From contig CAWFJJ010000005.1 in assembly GCA_963816185.1 (NCBI GenBank), positions 32,001 to 96,000 on the forward strand: DNA of 64,000 nt, written 5' to 3'. This DNA is from Thermoanaerobaculia bacterium. Its GTDB lineage: Bacteria; Acidobacteriota; Thermoanaerobaculia; UBA5066. Position 1 is the stretch's first letter. Each line of letters starts with the position of its first letter. The translations under genes were made by a program, and so were the position numbers. Below the pieces are notes generated by a model. It was not told where the DNA came from. It searched no databases and saw nothing but the letters and a program-made list of their open reading frames with translations. Shown one piece after another: positions 38,980-48,060 of the stretch.

Positions 38980-40036
38980 TTACGTGACGAGACTCTTCAA
39001 CAAGGCGACGGCGCCTTGAAGATCGGAGGCGCCCTCCAGGCGCGAGCCGCCCGCGTCGGCCCAGGCGCGCGCGATGGCGCCGGCGCCGCCGTCGACGTGC
39101 TCCTGGGGGATTTCGCCTTTCGTGAATTCCTCGAGAAATCCCGAGGGGGAAAGCGGGACGAGCCGCGCGGGCCCGGGCTCGCGTGGCCCGAGAAGCACCG
39201 TCGAGACGCGGCGGGCGGCGCGCGCCTCGGGGCTCGAGGAAGCGAAAAGATCGATGCGGCGCTTCTCCTCGCCGCCCGAGAACGCGGCCTCCGTGCGCGA
39301 AAGGAGTCCGAGGAGCGCCGCGCTGTCCTCGCGCAGCGTCAGCTCTCGAACCGACGAGGCGAGATCGTCCGGATCGACACGCGAGACGAAGAGGCTCTCG
39401 TCGCCGAGCACCTCGAGGCCGGCGAGATGCGCGGCGGCCACGAGCGTGGACTTTCCGGCACCCCCGCCTCCGCGCACCACGACTGCCCCCTTCGGACCCT
39501 GCGACCGCGCCGGCGTGAAGCGCCCGCCAGCCCCGGCGGGCGAGAAGGACGGCGGCAGGCGCCTCGAGGACCGTGCGGGCGAGGAAGGACCTCAACGAAG
39601 AAGAAAGAGAAGGATGAAGAAAGGAGCGAGGAGAGAAAGAAAGAGATTTCTTGGAAAAGGAGAGAAGAAGCTCGGGAGCGAGGCCCGCGTGGATTCCGGC
39701 GGTCAGGAGGTCGATGCGGACGTCGAGGACGCCGGGAACCTCGCAGCGAAATTCCGCCGGCTCGTGCACCCAGCGCAGTTCTTCTTCGAATGAGACTGTG
39801 GAGGTGGCGGCTTTGCGCCGCGGCGAGTCGGGTGCCGCCGCGCCGTCCTCCTTCGCGCCTTCTAAGAAATCTTTGTCCTCCGCGTGCGCCACCTCGATCG
39901 CGATCGCGTCGCCCGCGTCACCCGCGGGAGCCGGCGCCCAGAGTTTCTCCGCCAGCTCGAAGACGAGAGGCTCGCTCGCGGTGAGCGCCACGAGATCCCC
40001 GGGCGGGGCAAAGAGACGCGTCGTCAGGTCCGCCAC
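38980..40036 (-). CDS. HPr-kinase-like P-loop protein; frameshift near 39498
   Basis: ALHAGAV, then (after a G-run indel) GAVVVRGGGGAGKSTL and LGDE. Confidence 0.8.
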
Positions 40037-40175
40037 GCCGCGCAGCTTGCCACGGTGGTGCCTAATGCGGCAGGAGTCCGGCTCGGAGCATGCGCGGACC
40101 GTTCCGCCTGAAGGCGTAACTCTATTGGCATTTCGCGCGTCATACGAGGATGCTTTCGGCTCCGGAGGTTCTCCG

Positions 40176-43100
40176 ATGTCTCAGGTTCGAGATCGTCTCT
40201 CCATGGTCCCGCTCCTTGCGTTCGTTCTCTCGGCCGGGGCCGCGCGCGCCAGCGAGATCCGCGGGCGGCTCCTCGTCAGCGATGGCGCCGACAAGCCCGC
40301 GGGAGGGCTCACGGTCAGCGCGGTGCCGTGGGAAACCCCGGGCGACGAAACGCGCCGAGTGATGAAAGGAGGCGAGGCCCCGAAGGCGATCGCTTCGGCG
40401 GTGACCGGAGTCGATGGCTCGTTCGTCCTGGCCGTTCCCTCCGAGCCGGGCAAGGACGGCAAAGACAAGACGTTTCGCGTTCGGGCCGAAGGCGCCGGTG
40501 TCGTGCCGGTTCTCTTCGAAGACGTCTACGACGCGGCGGAGACCGAAGACCTCGGCGAGCACACGCTGCCGCACGGCGAGAAGCTCACGGGTGTCGCGGT
40601 GGACGCGTCCGGCAAACCCCTGGCGGGGGCGGAAGTCGCTCTCGAGGCCGGCGTCGCGGTCGGCGAAGACCTCGCATTCCGCGTCGTCACGCGGAAAGTC
40701 GTGACGGGCGAAGACGGGAAGTTCCAGTTCGACGAGGCGAGCGCGCAGGGGAACCGCATCACGATCGAGAAAGCGGATCTCGCGCCAAAGCGGGAGACGG
40801 GCCTCAAATCCGGCGCGATTCCGAGGCCGATCGCGGTCGTTGCGGGCGACCCGGTCGGAGGCGTCGTCCTCAACGCCGCCCATAAGCCCGTCGGGGGCGC
40901 TCTCGTGCGACTGGAGAGCGTCAAGGCCACGACCCGCTGGGTCGAGACGGACGCCGAGGGTCGCTTCACGATCCCGTACGCTCCCGAGGGGCGTGGCTCC
41001 GTCGTCGTCGACGCCGGCGACGCGGGCTGGGGCCGCAAGCCCGACGTCAAGCTGCCGCTCGGCGAGGGCAAGACCCTCACGATCACGCTCGCTCTCCCGG
41101 CCTCGCTCGACGGCAAGGTCGTCGACGACAAGACGGGACGAATCGTGCCGCGCGCGAAGGTCTTCGCGAAGGCGAGCGGCTTCGCGCGCCTCGTGCGCAC
41201 GGGCCCGGACGGGATGTATCACCTGAAGGGCATTCCGGCCCAGACCTACCGTCTCGCCGTCGACGAGGCGCGATACGTGCCGTGGGTGAAGCCGGACCTC
41301 GTGCTCGCGCCCGGCGAGGGGAGGCGCCTCGACATCGCCATGACGCTCGGGGCCACGATCGCCGGAAAGGTCGTGGACGAGAACGGCGCACCCGTCGCGA
41401 GCGCACGGGGCACCCTCATGCGCGGGGGCGAGAACGCGTTCCAGGGCATTCGCCGGATGCTCCGCATGGGCGGCGAAACCACCGCGTTCCGGACGCGTTC
41501 TGACGGAACGTTCAAGGCGTCCCGCCTGACTCCCGGCGAGAATCAGCGTCTCTTCGTGAGCCATGCGGACTTCGAGCGCACCACGCTCGCGGGCCTCTCC
41601 CTGCCCTCGGGAGGCATGAAGAGCGGTATTGCGATCGTGATGCACCGCGGAGCCACCATCTCGGGCGTCGTGAAGGATGCGAACGGCCAGCCGATCGTGG
41701 ACGTGGAGGTGCAGGTCGACCCGTCCGTGAGCTTCCGCGCGGGAGCGGGCGGCATGGTCGCGAATTTCGCGCGCCTCGGCGGCCCGAGCATGCGCCCGAA
41801 AACGAAAACGGGCGCCGACGGCACATTTCAGATCAAGGGCATGTCCGTGGGCGAGTACGCGCTCCAAATCAGCAAGCCGGGATTCGCGAACGAGCGCGTC
41901 GACCCCGTGAAGGTGACCGAGAAGGGCGCCGACCCTGTGGCGGTGACTCTCGGGCCGGGAGCGAGCATCGCAGGGATCGTGCGCCGAAAGAGCGGAGAGG
42001 GAGCCGAAGGCTATTTCGTGCGCGTGGGTGCAGGAGGCCGCAGGGCCGGCGGCGGGGGCGGCCTGCTCGGCGGAGCCGGCACTCCGCTTCCCACGGGCCC
42101 CGACGGCCTGTTCGTTCTCGAGGGCCTGAAGCCGGGGGAGGTCTACGACCTCTCCGTCTTCGGCGGGGCGGGCATCGGGCCGCAGAAGCGCGGCGTTACG
42201 GCACCGGCCTCGAACGTCGAGATTCAGGTCGCCGGCACGGGCCGCATCGCGGGGACGGCGCTCGACGCGCGAAGCGGCCAGCCACTCAAGAGCTTCTCGG
42301 TCTCGTACGAGCCCGCCCGCGGCGGCGGCGCGATCATCCGCCTCGTCGCGCGCGGCGCGGGCGGGCAGACCGGCATCGGCCAGAAGCGCGAATTCAACAC
42401 CGAGGACGGCGCCTTCACGCTGGAGGACGTGCCGGCGGGTACGTGGACGGTCGTTGTCGAGGCGAAGGGCTATCAGGAGGCGCGTGTCGCGAACCTCGTC
42501 GTCGAGGAGAACGGCGCCAAGGACGGCGTCGAAGTGCGTGCGACGCCCGGCATCGTCCTCAACGGGCATGTCTCGGACGCGCGCACGGGTCGCTCCGTCG
42601 CGAATGCGAGCATCACGCACGAGCCGACGGGAGGCGGCGGGCCGGGCGGTTTCGGGGGCTTCGGCGGCCGCGCCGGCGTGCTCGCGGGCCTGGACGCCGG
42701 TGACGACATCACGAGCGACGCCGAAGGCAACTTCCAGATCGAGGGCCTCTCCGCGGGGCGCATCAAGGTCACCGCGAAGAACCCGGACTATACGGACGGC
42801 AGCGAGGTGGTCGACGTCAAGGACACGGGCGGCACGGTCGAGATCAAGCTCACCGCGGGCGGGTCGGCGAGCGGCGTGGTCGTGGCCGGAAACCAGCCGC
42901 TCGCGAACGCCCAGGTCGCCCTCGCGGTCGCGGGCGACGCGGGCTTCGGGCGCATCCTCGGCGGCGGGCAGACGGCGACGACAGACGCCACGGGCCGCTT
43001 CGTCTTCGACCACCTCGGGGCGGGCCGGTACAGCGTCTCGGCGGGGATGAACGGCAAGTCGAGCGATCTCTCCGAGTTCGTTCTTCAGGCGGGCGACTCG

Positions 43101-44450
43101 AAGAGCGACCTCGTTCTGTCGCTTTCTGCGGGGTCCACGATCCAGGGCACCGTCTCCGGGCTCCCGGACGGATGGAAGACCGGTGCGACCGTGGCGGCCA
43201 GCGGCATCGAGTCGTTTTTCGCGACGACGAAGGTCGCCGCCGACGGCTCTTTCCAGGTCACGGGCGTGCCGGCCGGGCCCGTCACGCTCCGCGCGCAGGC
43301 AGGCGACGGGCTCGGCACGTCGCGCAGCGCGACGAAGCAGGTCACGGCGAGCGACGACGTTCCCGTGCTCCAGACGGAGATCGTGTTCGACGTCGGCTTC
43401 ACGCTGACCGGACACGTCACGCGGGCGGGGCAGCCCGCCGTGAACGCGATGGTCGTCGCGAATCTTCAGGGCGGAGGCGGCCGGCAGGCGACGACGCGCA
43501 CGGATGACGGAGGCACCTACACGCTGCAGGGCCTCCAGGAGGGCTCGTACGTCGTCACCGCGATGGCCGATCCGCTGTCCGGCGGCGCGGGCTCGCAGGT
43601 GCGGCAGACCGTCTCGCTCACGAGCGACCAGAACCTCGACCTGACGTTCCCGACGGCGAAGGTGGCGGGCACGGTGACGGATGCCGACACGAAGCAGCCG
43701 CTGGCCGACGCCACGGTCTCTCTCGCCTCGGCCTCCGGTACGGGAAGCGTCCCGACGCAGCGCATGGCGACGACCGACAGCAACGGGCACTTCCAGTTCA
43801 CGGACATCCTGCCGCAGGCGTACACGCTCAATTCCCAGAAGACCGATTACCAGTTCGACAAGCGCGACCTCACGGCTGCCGATGACGGCAGCACCGAGAA
43901 TCTCTCGATCGAGCTCGTGCACGGGCAAGGGATCGGCATCCAGGTGCGGGACGGGCTCTACGGCGTCCCGATGCGCAGCGTCCTGGCGCGCGTCCTCGAC
44001 GGAAACAAGTCGGCGGTCTTCACGGGCACGATTGCACTCGACACGAGCGGTGTCGGCGAGATTCCCTCGCTCCAGCCGGGCGGCTACGCGCTCTACGTAA
44101 ACGCGAGCGGCTACGCCACGACCACGCTCGCGAACGTCTCGGCCCCGTCGCAGCAGCCGGTGGCCGTTTCTCTCACGCCCGGCGGCTCCGCCGACATCTC
44201 GGCCGGTCCGAAGTCGTTCGTGAACGGCATCCTGCGCGGCACGCTCAAGACGGCGGCGGGCATCCCCTACCCGTACACGCTCTTCGCGACGGACGGGCGA
44301 ATCGCGATCACCGCCGACGCGAGCGGCCAGACCGGCTTCCGACGCCTCACGAACCTCGCTCCGGGCAGCTACATCCTCGCGCTCGACAGCGGCGGCGGCA
44401 CGACCTTCAACATCGCCGAAGGCGGCATCACGCCGGTCCCGTTGCCGTAG
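40176..44450 (+). CDS. Large secreted protein of carboxypeptidase regulatory-like (CarboxypepD_reg/Cna-B-type) repeats
   Basis: SD GGAGG; signal peptide; many G.V.D..G.P..A...TD..G.F...PG.Y units. Confidence 0.88.
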   Translation: MSQVRDRLSMVPLLAFVLSAGAARASEIRGRLLVSDGADKPAGGLTVSAVPWETPGDETRRVMKGGEAPKAIASAVTGVDGSFVLAVPSEPGKDGKDKTFRVRAEGAGVVPVLFEDVYDAAETEDLGEHTLPHGEKLTGVAVDASGKPLAGAEVALEAGVAVGEDLAFRVVTRKVVTGEDGKFQFDEASAQGNRITIEKADLAPKRETGLKSGAIPRPIAVVAGDPVGGVVLNAAHKPVGGALVRLESVKATTRWVETDAEGRFTIPYAPEGRGSVVVDAGDAGWGRKPDVKLPLGEGKTLTITLALPASLDGKVVDDKTGRIVPRAKVFAKASGFARLVRTGPDGMYHLKGIPAQTYRLAVDEARYVPWVKPDLVLAPGEGRRLDIAMTLGATIAGKVVDENGAPVASARGTLMRGGENAFQGIRRMLRMGGETTAFRTRSDGTFKASRLTPGENQRLFVSHADFERTTLAGLSLPSGGMKSGIAIVMHRGATISGVVKDANGQPIVDVEVQVDPSVSFRAGAGGMVANFARLGGPSMRPKTKTGADGTFQIKGMSVGEYALQISKPGFANERVDPVKVTEKGADPVAVTLGPGASIAGIVRRKSGEGAEGYFVRVGAGGRRAGGGGGLLGGAGTPLPTGPDGLFVLEGLKPGEVYDLSVFGGAGIGPQKRGVTAPASNVEIQVAGTGRIAGTALDARSGQPLKSFSVSYEPARGGGAIIRLVARGAGGQTGIGQKREFNTEDGAFTLEDVPAGTWTVVVEAKGYQEARVANLVVEENGAKDGVEVRATPGIVLNGHVSDARTGRSVANASITHEPTGGGGPGGFGGFGGRAGVLAGLDAGDDITSDAEGNFQIEGLSAGRIKVTAKNPDYTDGSEVVDVKDTGGTVEIKLTAGGSASGVVVAGNQPLANAQVALAVAGDAGFGRILGGGQTATTDATGRFVFDHLGAGRYSVSAGMNGKSSDLSEFVLQAGDSKSDLVLSLSAGSTIQGTVSGLPDGWKTGATVAASGIESFFATTKVAADGSFQVTGVPAGPVTLRAQAGDGLGTSRSATKQVTASDDVPVLQTEIVFDVGFTLTGHVTRAGQPAVNAMVVANLQGGGGRQATTRTDDGGTYTLQGLQEGSYVVTAMADPLSGGAGSQVRQTVSLTSDQNLDLTFPTAKVAGTVTDADTKQPLADATVSLASASGTGSVPTQRMATTDSNGHFQFTDILPQAYTLNSQKTDYQFDKRDLTAADDGSTENLSIELVHGQGIGIQVRDGLYGVPMRSVLARVLDGNKSAVFTGTIALDTSGVGEIPSLQPGGYALYVNASGYATTTLANVSAPSQQPVAVSLTPGGSADISAGPKSFVNGILRGTLKTAAGIPYPYTLFATDGRIAITADASGQTGFRRLTNLAPGSYILALDSGGGTTFNIAEGGITPVPLP

Positions 44451-44552
44451 GAACACGAGAAGAAGAGAAAATCTTCGGAAAGAGAATTCGGAGAATGAAA
44501 TTCCTCTGATATTCGGGGCTGCTGTTGCAGCCCCGATAGTAGAAATCTTCTT

Positions 44553-44627
44553 CCCGGATGTCCGGAGTCAAGGGCGCGCTGCGCGCGCCGCGTAGCGGTC
44601 GAAGACCCTTGACACCGGACATCCGGG
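44553..44627. repeat. 22-bp inverted repeat element (REP/MITE-like hairpin)
   Basis: cccggatgtccggagtcaaggg (44553-44574) and cccttgacaccggacatccggg (44606-44627) are 21/22 complementary. Confidence 0.85.
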
Positions 44628-44661
44628 GGGCATCCGACTCTTCAGCCGTTAAGATCCGCGC

Positions 44662-46659
44662 ATGAAAATGCACGGGAGCAGGAATCTCTTATTCTTCGTC
44701 CTCTTGGCGCTCGCCATGTCTGCCGCCTTCGCGGAAACGCCCGAACAAGCGCGCGGGAGAAAGCAGGCCGCGGCGCTGTGGCGACCGGCCGACGGCGACG
44801 CGGCGGCCTTCGAGGCGTTCGCGAAGGCGAACACGGCGTCCGACGCTGCGACGCGCGAGGCCCTTTTCACTCGTCTTTCGGCGGCGATCGTCTCGCTCGA
44901 GGGGCACATGGGCGAGGCTGGCCGCGACCTCAGGATGTACGTGGACCTGGATCGGGGCCCGATCCTGCCGTTCGACGAGGTGCTCGCGGCGTACGATCCC
45001 GGCGCTCACCTCACGGACGACCTCTTCGAGAACAAGCTCGCGTTCACGGCGCTTCTCAACTTCCCCGTGTACTCGCTCGACGAGAAGCTCCGCCTCGGTC
45101 CGGCGTGGACCCGGCGCCAGTGGGCGGAGGCGCGTCTCGCGGACCGCTTCGCGCATCGCGTTCCAGCCAGCGTGAACCTTGCGATCGCGAAGGCTCAATC
45201 CGACGCGGCGCAATACATCGCGTCGTACAACATCTGGATGCATCACCTCGTGGACGACAAGGGGGTCCGCCTCTTCCCGCCGAAGATGCGGCTCCTCTCG
45301 CACTGGAACCTGCGCGACGAGCTCAAGTCCGATTACGCCGACAGACAGAATGGGCCAGCCAAGCAGCGCGCGATCCGCAAGGTCATGGAGCGCATCGTCG
45401 ACCAGACGATCCCGGCGGCCGTTCTCGACAACCCCGGCGTCGACTGGAATCCGTTCACGAACGAGGTTCGCAAAGCGGCCGTCAAGGACTCGGATCTGCC
45501 CGAGAAGGCCGTCGCCCCCGGCCCCGAGCCCGACACGCGTTACGCGACCCTTCTCGCGGATTTTCGCGCCGTGAGGCAGGCCGATCCCTACTCGCCCACG
45601 GCGCCCACGTTCATCGCGCGGAAGTTCGACGAGGGGCGCCAGCTTCCGGAAGCGCGTGTCCGGAAAATGCTCGAGGACGTTCTGTCGTCTCCGCTCGTTC
45701 CGAAAGTCGCCGCGCTCATCGAGAAGCGCCTCGGCCGGAAGCTTTCGGCCGTCGACGTCTGGTATCCGGGGTTCCGTCCGCAGCCGGCCCAGACGGGCGC
45801 AGAGCTCGACGCGCTCGTGCGGGCGAAATACCCCACGCCCGAGGCATACGCGAAAGATATCCCGAACCTTCTCGTCAAGCTCGGGTTCTCGAAGGAGAAA
45901 GCCGAGTACGTCGCCGCCCACATGGAGGTGCATCCCGCGCGCGGCTCGGGCCACGCGTCGGGCGCCGAGCTCAAGGGCTACAAGGCCTACCTCAGGACGC
46001 GCGTCGAGAAGGACGGGATGAACTACAAGGGCTACAACATCGCCGTCCACGAGATGGGGCACAACGTCGAGCAGACGTTCTCCCTCTACGAGGTCGATGA
46101 ACCGCTGCTGAAAGGCGTGCCGAACACGGCCTTCACCGAGGCGCTCGCGTTCGTGTTCCAGGGCCACGACCTCGAGCTCCTCGGCCTCGCGCAGCCTTCG
46201 GAGAAGGCGCGTGCGGAGAAGACGCTCGACGCGTTCTGGGGTGCATACGAGATCGCGGGCGTCGGCCTCGTCGACATGGGCGTCTGGCACTTCATGTACG
46301 ACCACCCCGAGGCGACGCCGTCCGAGCTGAAAGCCGCGACGATTGCGATCGCGCGCGACGTGTGGAACCGCTTTTACGCGCCCGTCCTCGGCGAGAAGGA
46401 CGTCACACTCCTCGCGATCTATTCGCACATGATCGACGCGTTTCTCTACCTGCCCGACTATTCGATCGGCCACATGATCGCGTTCCAGGTCGAGCGGCAG
46501 ATGGAGAAAGCCGGGGCGATCGGCCCCGAGTTCGAGCGCATGGCGAAGCTGGGCGATATCGCGCCCGATCTCTGGATGACCGAGGCCACCGGCGCGCCGG
46601 TCGGCCCCGAGGCGCTGCTCGCCGAGACCCAGAAGGCGCTCGTCGCCGTGACCCGGTGA
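44662..46659 (+). CDS. Secreted putative gluzincin (M3/M32-like) metallopeptidase
   Basis: Signal peptide; IAVHEMGH (HExxH) followed by NTAFTEALA. Confidence 0.65.
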   Translation: MKMHGSRNLLFFVLLALAMSAAFAETPEQARGRKQAAALWRPADGDAAAFEAFAKANTASDAATREALFTRLSAAIVSLEGHMGEAGRDLRMYVDLDRGPILPFDEVLAAYDPGAHLTDDLFENKLAFTALLNFPVYSLDEKLRLGPAWTRRQWAEARLADRFAHRVPASVNLAIAKAQSDAAQYIASYNIWMHHLVDDKGVRLFPPKMRLLSHWNLRDELKSDYADRQNGPAKQRAIRKVMERIVDQTIPAAVLDNPGVDWNPFTNEVRKAAVKDSDLPEKAVAPGPEPDTRYATLLADFRAVRQADPYSPTAPTFIARKFDEGRQLPEARVRKMLEDVLSSPLVPKVAALIEKRLGRKLSAVDVWYPGFRPQPAQTGAELDALVRAKYPTPEAYAKDIPNLLVKLGFSKEKAEYVAAHMEVHPARGSGHASGAELKGYKAYLRTRVEKDGMNYKGYNIAVHEMGHNVEQTFSLYEVDEPLLKGVPNTAFTEALAFVFQGHDLELLGLAQPSEKARAEKTLDAFWGAYEIAGVGLVDMGVWHFMYDHPEATPSELKAATIAIARDVWNRFYAPVLGEKDVTLLAIYSHMIDAFLYLPDYSIGHMIAFQVERQMEKAGAIGPEFERMAKLGDIAPDLWMTEATGAPVGPEALLAETQKALVAVTR

Positions 46660-46696
46660 CCAGAACCCGTGCTCCTCTTCCCCGTATCATGACGGC

Positions 46697-48034
46697 ATGA
46701 GAGTCACCTCCACCCTCGTCGCCGCGCTTCTTGCGGCTTCCGCTCCCTCATTGGCTTCCACCACGAAAGAGGCGACGAAAGAAGTCCTACCGTTCATCGC
46801 CGACGACTACCCGAAAGGCCTCGCGCTCGCACGCGCTGAGGGGAAGCCGATCTTCCTCGAGGCCTGGGCGCCCTGGTGACACACGTGCCGCACCATGAGG
46901 GCCTTCGTCTTCACGGACAGGGCGCTCGGGCGGCAGGCCGGACGGTTCGTCTGGCTCTCGATCAACACCGAGAAGCGCGAGAACGCCCCGGTGCTCGCGA
47001 AGTTCCCGGTCCAGGCGTGGCCTTCGTACTACGTCATCGACCCGAAGTCTGAGAAAGTCGTCCTGCGTCATGTGGGCGGCGCTACGGTGTCGCAGCTCCA
47101 GCGCATCCTCGACGACGGGGAGAAGGCGACGCGCGAAGCGGGAGCCTCCTCCGGGACCGTCGAGACTCTCGCGAAGGCGGACCGTCTCTACGCGGAGGGA
47201 AAGAACGCCGAGGCTGCGGCCGCATTCCGCGCCGCTCTTCCGGGCCTGCCGCCGTCGTCGCCGTCCTACGCCCGGGCGGTCGACTCGGTCCTGTTCGCGC
47301 TCTCGGCGAGCCGCCAGCGGGATTCGTGCGCGACGATCGCGCGCGACGCCTTTCCGCACCTTCGCTCTGCGCCCTCGGCCGCGAACGTGGCCGGCTCGGG
47401 CCTCGACTGCGCGGTTTCGCTCCCGAAGGACGCTCCCGGGAGGGCCGCTCTCGTCCAGGCCCTCACGGCGGACGCGCGCGAGGTCCTCTCGGGAAAGCAC
47501 GCGGGTCTTGCGGTCGATGACGTCTCGTCGCTGTACCAGTCGCTCGCCGACGCGCGGGGGAGCGAGGGTGACGAGGCCGGGAAGAAGAAGGCGCTCGAAG
47601 AGTGGGCGTCGTATCTCGAGGGAGAGGCCGCGAAGGCGAAGACGGCCGATGGCCGCGCCGCGTTCGACGCGCACCGGATCACCGCCTACCTCGAGCTGGG
47701 CCAGCCCGAGCGGGGAATCCCGATGCTCGAGGCCTCCGAGCGCGATTTTCCCGACGACTACAACCCGCCCGCGCGCCTCGCCCTCGCGTACCGGGACATG
47801 AAGAAGTACGACGAGGCCCTCGCGGCGTCCGATCGCGCGCTCCTGCGCGCGTACGGCCCACGAAAGCTCGTCATCCTGAACGCGCGCGCAGACATCTACG
47901 ACCGGAAGGGAGACGCGGCCCATGCGCGCAAGACGCGCGAGGACGCCCTGACCTGGGCCGAATCCCTCCCGAAGGAGCAGGTTTCCGAGCGTCATATCGC
48001 CGCGCTGAAGAAGCAGCTCGAAACGTCTAAGTAG
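46697..48034 (+). CDS. Secreted thioredoxin-TPR selenoprotein (UxxC, 445 aa)
   Basis: FLEAWAPW-TGA-HTCRTM; the 60-aa and 379-aa ORFs are in the same frame; cis-Pro motif AWP; TPRs follow. Confidence 0.85.
46886..46935 (+). promoter_or_regulatory. Putative bacterial SECIS hairpin
   Basis: TGCCGC..GAG..GCC..GTC-TTCACG-GAC..GGC..CTC..GCGGCA stem starting 6 nt after the UGA. Confidence 0.6.
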
Positions 48035-48060
48035 AATCGACTCGTCGAGACGGAGGTTCC

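Noticed and set aside
40140-44456. Long antisense and alternative-frame ORFs (e.g. 1438 aa; also 7308..9455 and 58366..60525)
   Set aside because: Shadow ORFs of high-GC coding sequence: Arg/Ala-rich and without recognisable motifs.
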